A program made the position numbers and the translations under genes. Of a DNA stretch of 64,000 bases, positions 38,380 through 51,333 are shown piece after piece. Numbering within the stretch: position 1 is the first letter of the stretch; every line of letters begins with the position of its first letter. The notes below the pieces were generated by a model. It was not told the DNA's origin. It made no database searches and saw only the letters and a program-made list of their open reading frames with translations. The stretch comes from Eledone cirrhosa (Eukaryota): contig OZ024742.1 of NCBI GenBank assembly GCA_964016885.1, positions 251,286,001 through 251,350,000 of the forward strand. The letters run 5' to 3'.

Positions 38380-38740
38380 TAATATGGGATTTCAGGATAC
38401 AGACAGACAAGAAATTAGAACACAAATGGTGGTTTTGACAAGGAAAAAAGATCATGTCTGGTTGTAGATGTAGCCTGTCCCTTTCACACAAGATAGCAAG
38501 AAACGGATTTAAAGTGGGAATTAAAAAGGATTCGTGACTGTCATGAGATCAAGGTCATTCTGATTGTCATAGGAGCACTAGGTACTATCTCCAAAAGTTT
38601 AAAGAACATTAGTCCAGCCCTCGTTTTTGGAACACTTCAAAAGGTATGCTTGCTGGGAACAGCAAGAACCCTCCAATACTTCCTGAATATCTGAAGCTGC
38701 AGGTAGTGTCTTGATGTTCATTTCAACAAATTTTCCAGTT
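38380..38740 (+). mobile_element. R4/Dong-like non-LTR 3' fragment
   Basis: WDFRIQTDKKLEH and VIGALGTISK; homologous to 45290-45930; follows a TAA repeat. Confidence 0.65.
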
Positions 38741-39718
38741 AAATGGAGGCACATGGCTTAGTGGTTAGAGCATTGGCCTTGCAATCGAAAGGTTGTGAGT
38801 TCAATTCTCAGACCAGGTGATGTGTTGTTTCCTTGAGCAAGAAACTTTATTTCACATTGCTCCAGTTTACTCAGCTGTAGAAATGAGATGATAGGGACTG
38901 GGGTGCCTATCATTCCACTGCAAAGTGGTCGTGGAGGTGCCACGGCAAAAAAGCACCCAGCACTCACTGTAAATGAGGTTGGTGTTAGGAAGGGCATCCA
39001 GCTGTAGAAATCAAGCCAGAATCAGTTCCCGTCCCACCCTTGCAAGCAGGGAAAAGCGGACGTAAAATGAAATGATGAAATAACATCAATGACTGAGACT
39101 CCAAGAAAATATCAATAACAATCATAAATTGTTTCTACTTTTGTCACAAGGCCAGCAATTACCCAGTGAATTACTGGTACTTTATTTTATCGACCCCATA
39201 AGAATGAAAGGCAAAGTTAACCTCGGCGGGATTTAAACTCAGAATGGAATGGGCTGTAACTCTGTTTGTCAAAGCATGGCATCCGATCCTCTACCGATAC
39301 TGCCAATCCACTGTACAATACCAGTGATAGTCAGCGCACTTGGAATGATAAAAAAGGGTACTGAAATATATTTGGACCGGATACCTGGAAAACCATCTCT
39401 GCAAGCGATACAGAAAATAGTGCTGACGAATACTACCTATGCCCTGAGAAGGGTATTATCAATTTTAAAACTTTGCAAGGATATTTACTGTTGTTTGTGC
39501 CTTTGTGGCGCCATTTGTGTGACAATCGATTGTAAAATGTGTGTATTATCAAATTTTGCATCAGGTGTCAGGCTGACACTTGGCATGATTTGGAAAGAAG
39601 CAGAACTCAAAGGAAGTTTCAAATAATAATAATAATAATAATAATAGTGGTAATTTTCTCTGTTTAAAATATCTGTAAATCCATTAACCCTTGTTTTTGT
39701 ATTGTCATTCCTGCCCAG

Positions 39719-39895
39719 ATTATCCTTCACTACTTTGCCCAGATGTTACTGTCTCTTCAACATGTCGACTCCAAACAAATTCTTCATAGAGACCTCAAAA
39801 CACAGAACATACTACTCGACAAAAAAAAGCAGATTGTCAAAATTGGAGATTTTGGCATTTCCAAAGTTCTTAGCAGCAAAAGTAAAGCTTATACG
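39719..39895 (+). CDS. NEK8: NEK8 coding exon 4 (catalytic loop and DFG)
   Basis: IILHYFAQMLLSLQHVDSKQILHRDLKTQNILLDKKKQIVKIGDFGISKVLSSKSKAYT; CAG acceptor, GTAAG donor. Confidence 0.96.
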
Positions 39896-40444
39896 GTAAG
39901 TAAGGATAGTTATGTTGTTGTGGAGTAAGGTTATGGGGGGACTAATGTAGATATATGGGATTGTGTGGTTGTGTACATGAGGGTAACTGTTGTGGGTATA
40001 AGAGACCATGTGTTTGTATATGTGTGTGTGTTATGTAGAGAAGGTGCTTATGTAGCATAGTGGTTAGGGTATTCAACTCATGAGCCTAAGGTCTTGAGTT
40101 CAATTCCCAGTTGTACATTATGTCCTTGAGCAAGACACTTTATTTCACATTGCTCCAGTCATCTCAGCTGGCAAAAATGAGTTGTATCTGTAATTTGAAG
40201 GGCGAACCTTGTAACAATCTGTGTTATGCTGAATCTCTCTCGAATGTTCAGCCACTTACACATTAATTTCCATTGATCGAATCAACTGAAACACTTGTCA
40301 TCATTGTAACCAACAGATTGTTTCTGTGGACTTCTATATATGTATATGACTAATATCATTTTAGGTGACTGGGGAACAAAGATGGAGAGGAATCAGATAA
40401 GTGCTAAAAATGAGTCAATATGAAATATTAAAAATTATAGTATA

Positions 40445-40672
40445 TTAACCCTTTAATGTTCAAACAGGCCAAAACCGGCCAGAATTCTCTACCTCTTTCT
40501 GTTGAAACTGGCTGTAACCGGTCACTCAAACTGATGTTAAGATATTGTTCTCAAAATAAATACTTTTAAAATCTCATATATTCGATATTATGTGAGATAA
40601 TTATGCGAGATAAAGCCTTTACCGTGAAAATATAATAGTATATATAGAGTAATGTAAATGCTAAAGGGTTAA
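40445..40672. mobile_element. piggyBac-like MITE
   Basis: TTAA-CCCTTTA...TAAAGGG-TTAA termini. Confidence 0.6.
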
Positions 40673-40759
40673 ATATAGTAAAGGGTATAATATTATATAT
40701 AGTGATCAGTGTGATATAGTGGTATTATATATAGAAAATACAGGCACTAGTCTGATAAA

Positions 40760-41350
40760 TATAGTGAACAGTGAGGTATTGTAATATTAGATATAGTAAA
40801 CAAGGTGATATTAAATAGTGTGAACAATGTGGTATTAAATATAGTGAACAGTATGATATTAAATATTGTGAACAGTGTGGTATTAAATACTGTGAACAGT
40901 GTGGTATTAAATACTGTGAACAGTGTGGTATTAAATACTGTGAACAGTGTAGTATCAAATATTGTGAAAAATATGGTATTAAATACTGTGAACAGTGTGG
41001 TATTAAATACTGTGAACAGTGTGGTATTAAATATTGTGAACAGTGTGGTATTAAATACTGTGAACAGTGTGGTATTAAATACTGTGAACAGTGTGGTATT
41101 AAATACTATGAACAGTGTAGTATCAAATATTGTGAACTGTGGTATTAAATACTGTGAACAGTTTGATATTAAATATTGTGAACAATGTGGTATTAAATAC
41201 TGTGAACAGTGTGATATTAGATATTGTGAACAGTGTGGTATTGAATATTGTGAATAGTGTGATATTGAATATAGTGAATAGTGTGATATTGAATATAGTG
41301 AACAGTATGGTATTAAATATAGTGAACAGGGTGGTATTAAATTTGTGAAC
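40760..41350. repeat. 24-bp minisatellite (AACAGTGTGGTATTAAATACTGTG)
   Basis: Tandem repeat visible directly. Confidence 0.92.
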
Positions 41351-41499
41351 GATGATTGAAGAGGAATATCATATTTATATTTTTTCTAAAATCTTGATTG
41401 TTCAAACATTCTTTCTTGAAAATTTCAAAAGGGTTCTCCATGTTGAATGTTGAGACTTCAATCTGGAATATACTGAAGAGAAGATGAAACAGTAAAGAT

Positions 41500-42140
41500 A
41501 ATCTATTAGAGAATAGTGAAACCAGAATATCAGTTGATAATTTATAAAGAGAATAATAAAATCAGAATATAGGTTGATAATCTAGTAGAAAAAAGTGAAA
41601 CCAGAATATCGGTAGAGAATAGTGAAACCAGAATATCAGTAGATAATCTAGTAGAGAATAGTGAAACCAGAATATCGGTTGATAATCTAATAGAGAATAA
41701 TGAAATCAGAATATCGTTTGATAATCTAGTAGAGAATGGTGAAACCAGAATATCGGTTGATAATCTAGTAGAAAATAATGAAATCAGAATATCGTTTGAT
41801 AATCTAGTAGAAAATAATTGTTTCTACTTTAGGCACAAGGCCAGCAACTACCCAGTGCCTCACTGGTACTTTATTTTATCGACCCCGTAAGGATGAAAGG
41901 CAAAGTCAACCTCGGCGGGATTTGAACTCAGATCGTAAAGGGACGTAACTATGCTAGAAAGCATAGCGTCCGACCCTCTACCGATACTACCAATCCACCC
42001 CTAGTAGAAAATAATGAAACCAGAATATTGGCTGATAATCTAGTAGAGGATGGTGAAATTAGAATATAGGTTAATAATCTAGTAGAGAATAATGAAACCA
42101 GAATATCGGTTGATAATCTAATAGGGAATACTGAAATCAG
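41500..42140. repeat. 39-bp minisatellite interrupted by a SINE (41818-42000, minus)
   Basis: Unit GATAATCTAGTAGAGAATAGTGAAACCAGAATATCGGTT; CTAGTAGAAAATAAT occurs on both sides of the SINE, as a target-site duplication would. Confidence 0.85.
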
Positions 42141-42771
42141 AATCATCATCCTCATCGTTTTAATGTCAGCTTTTCCTGTTAGCAAAGGCTTGATGCCCTT
42201 CCTATCACCAATAATTTTTTAGCATGTACTGGATGTGTTTATCGTGTAGGTCACCAATACTAGGGATGCTATTATATCCCTAACCAACTGAAGGTCCTCC
42301 TAAACGTTTGGCAAACTTTCTATGGCTGGATTCCCTTTTTATCACCAACTACTTTACAGTGTGCACTGGGTGCGTTTATCATGTAGATCACCAACACTAG
42401 ATAGGTTGCCATACTGTGGCATGATTGAATTGTCCTCCTCTTTTTAAAAATAAATAGTCATGGTTGGAATGCCATGATCGCATGACTTGAATGTCTTGAT
42501 CACATGTCTGCTTTGTTAGAGCTGACCTGAAAACAACATTGAAATAGGATGTCATATTGGAATGTCTTGATCACTTGTCTGCTCTGTCAAGGCTAACCTG
42601 AATACAAAATTACATTAACTTTAGGAAAATATCATAATCAGTTGGGTGGAGAATTCCTGGTATATAAGATAGGACAGCTGCATTTGTGGAGTTCATGCCT
42701 CTCCCAGGTGTATTAACATTTTATTTGTATGTGATTCCCTCTTCAAATCGAAACTGAATCATTGACTCTAC

Positions 42772-42955
42772 TTGGCAGTATCGGTAGAGAGTCGGACACC
42801 ATGCTTTGAAGCATAGAGTTACGTTCCTTTATGATCTGAGTTCAAATCCCGCCAAGGTTAACTTTACCTTTCATCCTTACGGGGTCGATAAAATAAAGTA
42901 CCAGTAATGCACTGGTTAATTTCTGGCCTTGTGCCAAAAGTAGAAACAATTATTA
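42772..42955 (+). mobile_element. tRNA-derived SINE, family 1; other copies at about 1915-2035(+), 19845-19935(-), 37768-37945(-), 38215-38370(-), 39128-39310(-), 41818-42000(-), 44890-45060(+), 46515-46702(-), 47765-47910(-), 54250-54390(-)
   Basis: Box A TGGCAGTATCGG, box B GTTCAAATCC, shared 3' end TGGCCTTGTGCCAAAAGTAGAAACAATT with ATT tail. Confidence 0.8.
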
Positions 42956-43769
42956 ACTAGTTATCTCCCTTGTATCAATCTTTATATTCAGATTTGTTAT
43001 ATGATATTTTTCTTTGTGACAACATGGATTCGGAGATGCTAGATAGTGTTATATATTTTAGTTGTGTATATATGGCTGTGATCGTAAAGTCGTAAGTTCG
43101 ATTCCTGATGCCGCGCTTTGCTTAAGCAGAAAAATTCTTTCACATTGCTTCAGTTCATTCTGCATCAAAAATGAATTGTACCTGTAATTCAAAGGATCAG
43201 CCTTTTCACCCAGTGTCATGCTGAATCTCCCTGAGAACTGCGTTTAAGGGAGTATGTGGAATGACCAGTCACATACAGTCTAATATAAGATGAAATGTTC
43301 CTGTAATTCAAAAGACCAGTCTTATCATACACAGTGTCACACTGGATCTCCCTGAGAACTGTTTAATGGCATGCTTGTCTATGAGATGCTCAGCCACTTG
43401 CATATTCATTTCAGGAGCAGGCTGCTCCATTGATCAAATAGCAGGAACAGTTATTTTCATCTGAATCAACAGAGGTCCAACACTACTCACACACACATCC
43501 ACAAACACACATACTCACGCACACATACATGCATTCACAAACACATACATACAACCACAAACACACAACTATCCATCACCACATACATACATCCACCACC
43601 CCTCAGACATACATCCATCCCCACAGACATTCATCCATCACCATACATATGCACACATGTCCATCCCAACAAACACACAAACCATAAACATACTCAAATA
43701 ACCACATACATACACAAACAACCACCAAACCCACACACACACAAATATCCACACAAACACAAATGTACA

Positions 43770-44160
43770 CATATAACTGCAAACACATCTTGCCAACAAC
43801 AACCCTGAGCACCTTTTTGAATTCTATATGTCTAACACCTGTGGGCATGACTACAAAGTCAGAAAACAGCACAGCTCCCATGATTTTCGGAAACATTTTT
43901 TCATGCTCAGAGTTGTTGAGGCATGGAACAAACTACTTGCATCAGTTATTAGCTGTCAGGATATTGCATCCTTCAAAACTTCCATGTTTCCTGAAATTCG
44001 CCAACACTACACCTGATAGCCTGCCCCTGCACCTCCATACACACGCACACATGTATATCATGACTCATACACTATTCCCTTTCCTGACATTTGTACATTA
44101 TTCTATGTACTATACAGTTGTAGCGCACCTGAGCACTGTACACAATAATTTCATTATATT
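43770..44160 (+). mobile_element. CR1/L2-type LINE 3' end
   Basis: TCGHDYKVRKQHSSHDFRKHFFMLRVVEAWNKL matches the CR1 'TRGH..K...R..FF..RV...WN.LP' terminus. Confidence 0.75.
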
Positions 44161-44252
44161 ATGTATGAACAAGTCACACACACTTACACACACAACATAC
44201 CTAACCATAGTGAGATCCATAACTATATGAATGTACTACTTCTGTCTTGCAG

Positions 44253-44302
44253 GTTGTTGGTACCCCTTGTTACCTGTCACCTGAACTCTGTTCTGGAATG
44301 CC
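44253..44302 (+). CDS. NEK8: NEK8 coding exon 5 (activation segment)
   Basis: VVGTPCYLSPELCSGM(P); followed by U12-type donor GTATCCTT. Confidence 0.93.
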
Positions 44303-45055
44303 GTATCCTTCAGTTCAAACATTATAACATTTATACATTGTTATCCCACTTGAACCTTTTCATTGCTAAATTTCTCATGAAAGGCACTGCCTTTGACTTC
44401 AAAATAATTTTGGAAATAATCAGGAATTTGGAGAGATTTAGTAATATAACTTAACTTTGTCATTATTATGCTGGTTTATACCTAAACAAAGGTTCTTACA
44501 TAACTTTATGATGGAAGGATTATATACAAGTATAAACACTTTAGTCCTTTTGTTACCATATTTCTCATGGTTTTCAAGTAATTTTAGAAATAATAATCTG
44601 GAAAGATTTAGTAATATAACTAACATTTTCTTTATTTAGGTTGTTTGGAATATATGGAACATATGTTTCCTATATAAAATTATGATGGGAATTTTTTAGA
44701 TAAATTTAAACATTGTAAAACAAACCATAGAACCAGGGCAAGTTTAAGATTGTTTTGTGTCAAAAGAATTAAACATAATATCTTTCTTGACATTTGTACA
44801 TTATTTTATGTACTATACATGTACCTTTGATGAGTTGTAGTGCACCTGAGCACTGTACACAATAATTTCATTATTATTATTATTATTATTGGTGGATTGG
44901 CAGTATCGGTAGAAAGCCAGACGCCATGCTTTGACGCATAGAGTTACCTCACTTTATGATCTGACTTCAAATCCCGCCGAGGTTAACTTTACCTTTCATC
45001 CTTAAAGTACCAGTAATGCACTGGATAATTGCTGGCCTTGTGCCAAGTAGAAACA

Positions 45056-45094
<39 letters not shown>

Positions 45095-45948
45095 GAGGAA
45101 TTTTTCATTGTTTCTTTTTTTTTGTTACATCCTCTGTTTTTGTTTTTTTACATGCTGAAATGCCCATTTGTACCGTCCTGTATTGTCCTGTACTGTCCTT
45201 AATGTCTTACTTTGTGTAAACCCTTGTGGTTAATAAAGAAAGCATTATTATTATTATTATCATTATTATTGTTCTTTGAGTCTCAGTCATTTATGTTATT
45301 TAACTGGAAAGTTGAAATGAATATCAAGCCACTACCTGCAGCCTCAGACATTCAGGATGTATCGGAGGGTTCTTGCTATTCCCAGCAAGCATGCCTTTTG
45401 AAGTGTTCCAAAAAGTGAGGCTGGACTAATCTTCTTTAACCATCCTTGGAAACTCTTTGAGATAATACCTAGTGCGCCTATGACAATCGGGACAACCTTG
45501 ATTTCATGGCAGTTCCAAATCCTTTTTAATTCCCACTTTAAATTCTGGTATTGGTTAATTTTCTCCTTCTCCTTTTCTTGCACTCTCGTGTCAAAGGGGC
45601 AGGCTACGTCTACAATCAGGCACAATCTTTTTTCCTTGTCCAAAACCACCAGGTCAGGCCTATTGTGTTCTAATTTCTTGTCCGTCTGTATCCTAAAATC
45701 ACACAGCACCTTCACCTGATCGTTTTCTATCACCGACTCTGGCTTATGCTTATACCACTTCTCAGAATGTGGTAAATTGTTTACTTTGCATAGATGCCAG
45801 TGGATCACCCTGCCTATCACATCATGTCTCCAGCCTTTATAGTGAATCTGGGCTAGGTGTTTACACTCGGATACAATGTGAGACAGTCTCCTCTCTCTCT
45901 CCACAAATCCTACACAGTGAGCTAGCCTCCTCCTTATTATTATTATTA

Positions 45949-45985
<37 letters not shown>

Positions 45986-46089
45986 ATCCATGCTAGCGTG
46001 GAAGATAGACGTTAAACGAAGATGATAACAAATACTGGGTCAACATGTTTTCAATATTCTAAAATTATTATCCCTTAACCTATTCAAAG
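44303..46089 (+). other. U12-type (minor spliceosome) GT-AG intron
   Basis: Donor GTATCCTTC; branch site CCCTTAAC at 46072-46079, just upstream of the AG at 46088-46089; no polypyrimidine tract; splicing restores [10 protein letters not shown]. Confidence 0.88.
45290..45930 (-). mobile_element. R4/Dong-like non-LTR retrotransposon 3' fragment (restriction-like endonuclease)
   Basis: HIVSEC..RHD..NRPDLVV..IVDVACPFD..KEKEKINQY..VVPIVIGALG; flanked by (TTA)n on both sides. Confidence 0.85.
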
Positions 46090-46171
46090 ATATAATCAAA
46101 AAAGTGACATCTGGGCCCTAGGATGTGTTTTGTATGAAATGGTTACCTTGAAGCGAGCATTTGAAGCATCT
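46090..46171 (+). CDS. NEK8: NEK8 coding exon 6
   Basis: [27 protein letters not shown]; GTAAGT donor. Confidence 0.95.
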
Positions 46172-46908
46172 GTAAGTAACAACTTTTAAGTACCCTTCTA
46201 TTAACCCTTTTATTTCTCAGAAAGTTTAATATTAGAAATGTAATGTTAGCAATTTATCCCCCCCCCCCCCCCCCCCCATCATGCCCTGCCTATCACCAAC
46301 CACTTTACAGCATTTTATGTTAAAAAGGATAGCTTTGGTAGAATTAAAGGGTCCCCTCTTCTCTGAATTAGGTAGCTAATTGACAGAGTCATTAGGACAT
46401 CGAATAGATTTTTTGTGGTATTTGTTTTAGCTATCAGTGCTGTGAGATCAAATCCCATCAAGGTCAATTTTAACCTTTTGAGGTCAATAAATAAAGAAAG
46501 TACCAGTTAAATAGTTGTTTCTACTTTTGGCACAAGGCCAGCAATTATCCCAGTGCATTACTGGTACTTTATTTTATCGACCCCATAAGGATGAAAGGCA
46601 AAGTTAACCTCGGCAGGATTTGAACTCAGATCATAAAGGGAGGTAACTCTATGCTTGAAAGCATGGTGTCCAACCTTTACCGATACTGCCAATCCACCGC
46701 CCTTTAAATAATGGGTTTGATTCTTCCTCTATATCTCTTTTCCATATCCTCTCTCTCTCTCTCTTTCTCATTTTCTGGAAGAAATTGACTGAGTTCAGGC
46801 TGAGAGAGGGATGGTCTCCATCGGGCTTAAATGCCCAAGGTAGGCCTGTCTATTTGTTTGTTTAATTATTTGTTTATCTATATACCTATTTATCTAAATA
46901 TATCTGTA

Positions 46909-46957
<49 letters not shown>

Positions 46958-47148
46958 TATTATTATTATTATTATACTCTGATTAGTTCTACACCTCTAT
47001 ACTTACTGGAAACTATGCATTGATTGCTCACTCTGATGAACCTACAGTAACTGGATGTTACAATCCCTATATATATATATGTGTGTGTGTGTGTATATAT
47101 ATATATGTATATTATCTATCTTATCTATCTATTTATAATCTCTTCCAG

Positions 47149-47357
47149 AATCTTCCAGCGTTGATTATCAAAATTGTTGGAGGAACCTTTGAACCAATTG
47201 CTGATATTTACAGTGAAGAACTTCGATTCCTCATCCTCAGCATGCTTCACCGAGACCCAAGCAGAAGACCCACTATCAACCAGATTATCACACAACCTCT
47301 AATAATTAATCATGTCCTCTATCTTTACACTGATTGGGGGAAAATTCCATCAACCAG
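47149..47357 (+). CDS. NEK8: NEK8 coding exon 7 (kinase C-lobe end)
   Basis: NLPALIIKIVGGTFEPIADIYSEELRFLILSMLHRDPSRRPTINQIITQPLIINHVLYLYTDWGKIPST(R). Confidence 0.93.
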
Positions 47358-47666
47358 GTGTGTAAACCTATCCGTTCATCTACTGGGATGCAATAACTAT
47401 TATCCAGTAAACAACGCACTACATAAGTATAACCCATTGTAATACACTAGGTACTATATACTCAGTGCTACACACTTGATAGCACATACTAGTTACTACA
47501 CACTAGGTATTGCACATTAACTACTAAACATTAAGTACAACACACTAGATACAATACATAAAGTACTACACACTAAGTACAACACCCTAGGTACTACACC
47601 CTTGATACTACCCACAAGGTACATATAGTACCATAGTAACATTTCTACATATTATCTATCTACCAG

Positions 47667-47749
47667 GGTACAACGGCCTCTGTCCAGTATTCAACCATCA
47701 GCGAGGAACAGACAGTCTGTGAGAGGAGCAGGCAACATAATAAACAGAG
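47667..47749 (+). CDS. NEK8: NEK8 coding exon 8 (linker)
   Basis: VQRPLSSIQPSARNRQSVRGAGNIINR; CAG acceptor, GTATGT donor; phase 2 in and phase 1 out fit both neighbours. Low homology support. Confidence 0.75.
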
Positions 47750-49589
47750 GTATGTGTAATAATTATTTCTACTTTAGCCACAAGGCCAACAATTTTTAGT
47801 GGGAAGGGAAAGTCGATTAAATGGACCCCAGTGCATTACTGGTGCTTTATTTTATCGACCCAGTAAGGATAAAAGGCAAAGCTAACCTCAGCTGGATTTG
47901 AACTCAGAACATATTATTAAAGAATATTCATTTTCCTAAACAATCAGGATTTTTAAGCCATCAATATTTTTTCCATATATTTTAGTGATTATCTTTGCTG
48001 ATGGAGCCAGAATTTTCTTTAACAATCAGGATTGCTAAGAAACTGTCACCCTATTGAGTTCTTTTTGATAATATATCAACATTTATTTCCTTCTAATAAT
48101 ATATCAACATTTATTTCCTGAGCAAACCTAAATAAAGTTGTTATTTCTTTGTGTTGTTGGAGAGTGGACACAGATTGGCCAAATGGTCAAGAAGTTCACT
48201 TTGTTTGGTCTCACATTAAGCACGACATAGTGTAAGATAAGGTTGGTTCTTTGAATTACAGGTACAGCCCATCTGATGGGGTTCCAAACAGTTTCTGTAT
48301 ACCCAATTTCATTCACAAGACTTTGGTTGAACATAGCTCTAGAGTAAATAACAGTTGACCAAGATGCCACACAGTGAGATCAAACCTGGATCCTATGATT
48401 GTGAAGTGAACCACTTAGCCATTTAGCTATACAAACATACGCACAAACAAACAAACGAACACACACACACACACACACATTCACAAACAGACAAACACAC
48501 AGGCATATATATATATATACAGACATTCACAAACACACACACATTCACAAACAGACACACACACAGGCATATATATATACAGATATTCACAAACACACAC
48601 ACACACACATACACAAATACAAACACAGAAGTGTGGAGATAAAAAGAGATGAACTGATGTTCTTTAGAAAGATTTGAACAGCAACAACAACAATGATTGT
48701 TAATAGATAGAAGATGGTATTAAAGATAATGATAGCATTGTATAGGTGGAGTTAATCAATCTATAATGTTGTATTTACACCAATAATTAACAGACTCTGT
48801 ATTATATAACGGTAATTAGTGGTGTAGAATAGAGGAAATTAGAGAATGGCAGTGAGAGGTGTGGGTAACAGAACAGTTTTATTGAAAATTGATTGTGGAG
48901 GAAGGTTAACATCCATGTTTAATATAGGTGTTGGTGTCGGTGTAGAAAAACAATTACTGGTGTATTGACAAGTTATAGAAGTGGAAGCAATTGGCCTAGT
49001 GGTAAGTGTGTTGGAATAACAATCATAATGTCGTTGGTTCAATTCCTGGACTGGGTTGTGTGTTGTGTTCTTTAGCAAAACACTTCATTTCATATTGCTC
49101 CAGTCCAGTATACTCAGCTAAAGATGAGTACCAGCAATAGCTGGGGGGTTAACTCTGTAATGGACTGATGTCCTGTTCAGAGGAGAGTTGTGTACTCTCA
49201 GTCACTTAATGGATTAAGCACCAAGTTCAAAACTGATTTTAGTCTTCTTTTTTTTTTATAGAGGTTGCTTCACAGTCACATGGTTTTAGATTCAGTCCCA
49301 CAGAGTGGTAGCATGTTGGACAACTATCTACTTGACCAATGCTTTGTAAGTGTAATTTGGTAGAGAGAAACTGCAGAAGCCCATCATTTTTATGTATGTG
49401 TGTGTTTATGTTCCATAACTTAGCTGTTCAATAAAATAAGTAGCATACTTGAAAAAAAAGTTATGGGATCAATATGATTGACTTTAAAGGTGGTGTCCAA
49501 GCATAACCAGCAAAAGAATGACAGAGTAAATGAATATATTAGTGTATTGATGACTGAGAAACATGTTTGTGTAGTGGAGACAACAATAA

Positions 49590-49975
49590 GTATAGAGGAC
49601 AGTTATTCATGTGACTTGTATAGGGGACAGTATGTCATGTACTGTTGTATAGAGGACAGTATGTCATTTGACTGCCTTATAGGGTACAACAATAAGTTAT
49701 ATGACTGTTGTATAGGGAACATTAAGTTATGTAACTCTTGTATAGAACACAGTAAGTCATGTGACGTGTATAGAGAAAAGTAAGTCATGTGACTATTGTA
49801 AAGGAGACAATAAGTCATGTGACTATGTATAGAGGAGAACAATAAATCATGTAATTGTTTTATAGAGGACAATAAGTCGGGTGACTGTTGTATAGGGAAC
49901 AGTTAGTCATGTGACTGCTGTATAAAGGGCAATACATCATGTGACTGTTGTATAGGGGATAGTAAGTCATGTGTT
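49590..49975. repeat. 30-bp degenerate minisatellite
   Basis: Unit about GTATAGAGGACAGTAAGTCATGTGACTGTT. Confidence 0.8.
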
Positions 49976-50039
49976 TGTTATGTATGATGTCTAAGCTTAG
50001 CAAATGGATTCCACATGAACTGAGTAAAAATAATTGAAG

Positions 50040-50520
50040 AAAATGCATTAACATCTGCACTATTCTTCATTCTTAAGAGTGTAAGTCTCCATTTTTGAAT
50101 AGTCTTATAACCAGTGATGAAATGGGGATACTCTATAAGAATGTTTAATGCCAATGGCAGTGGATTCAATCAGGACAATAAGCAAAGCCTTATCTAAAAC
50201 ATGATCTTCATCTGCAGAAGGACTTGTTAAGTATTCAGTGGGATATGGCAGGTGTAATACACTTTGAAACCTTACCCTAAAACCAGATAATTACAGCTCA
50301 AGTGTTCTGTGAACAGTTTAATTGATTGAATGAACAATTGACAGGAAAAAAGGTACTTTCTAATCAGTCGAAATGGTTTTATCATGACAAAACTTGACCT
50401 CATAGTGCAAGAATTACATGTTCCAAAATTGAGGAAGTTGGTTGGAAAAACTTCCACTTCCTCCCTATTTTCCTGATCTTGCTCCTTCAGATTATCAATT
50501 ATTCCAAAATTTGCAATAGT
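50040..50520 (+). mobile_element. Decayed mariner transposase catalytic-domain fragment
   Basis: FYHDK and VGWKKLPLPPYFPDLAPSDYQLF (YSPDLAPxD motif). Confidence 0.7.
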
Positions 50521-50739
50521 TGATTAACCTTTAGTATGCTAGTAATTTTTATGAGTTGTTTCCCTTGACACTGCATTATCTATTTAGGGGAGATTACTCA
50601 TATGGTGCATTTTGTTGCCCACTGTGCAATGGAAAAGAGTACAATTTCTTAGAGGCACTTGAAATGGACCTAGATGACTTTTTTCTTTAAACTGTCTGAT
50701 TTATATTGGAATGGCATAACAGAGGTTGGAAGAAAGAGG

Positions 50740-51250
50740 GACCCTCGGAGTTACAGATAAGCACCTCTCAAGCATTTAAATTTATAGAAAAGCAATCCCC
50801 TGATACTAAAGGATGTTTTGATCCTTCATCATTTTCTACTGTTGTGGAAAACGTAAACTTAAGTAATCAAGTGTTCCCCAATTTCGCAATCCACCATTCC
50901 AATGAGGAGTGGCTATGTGAAAGAACAATCCTTGCCCCCCGTATGTATGTTATTCCAGATTAGGATGCCGCCACAAACTCTTCATATATGCTCCAAAGAA
51001 AAAAGTTTAAATCACTGTATATACTGAAGTTCTGTAAATGTTTTATAATTTTCGTAGAATACATTTTTCTATTATTTTCTTTATTACTTTCTGTATTTAG
51101 AAATTCTAAATAATTTTTTAAAATTATGTTATGCAGTATTTACATATTCTCTACCATCTTTTATTTTGAGGAAAATGGGCATTACAATAGGTGCCTTAAA
51201 AATAAATTTGAGCACAGTTATGACTGGGGCGAAGGTCGGAAGGCTGCTAG
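50740..51250 (+). mobile_element. Internally deleted Helitron 3' remnant
   Basis: NQVFPNFAIHHSNEEWLCERTILAP (PIF1-like Helitron helicase motif 'WLxERAILAP'), LFIYAP and VYTEVL*, then a GC-rich subterminal segment ending CTAG followed by T. Confidence 0.65.
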
Positions 51251-51333
51251 TATATATATATATGTGTGTATGAATTTGTAGTGAGATACTTGACATATTT
51301 GTGATTGCTATAGCTATTTGTTTGTTTGTTAAG

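Noticed and set aside
40760-42140. Regularly spaced repeats as a CRISPR array
   Set aside because: Head-to-tail units with no unique spacers, eukaryotic intron context and no cas genes.
42772-42860. tRNA genes at box A/box B motifs
   Set aside because: No cloverleaf; the motifs are heads of multi-copy SINEs.
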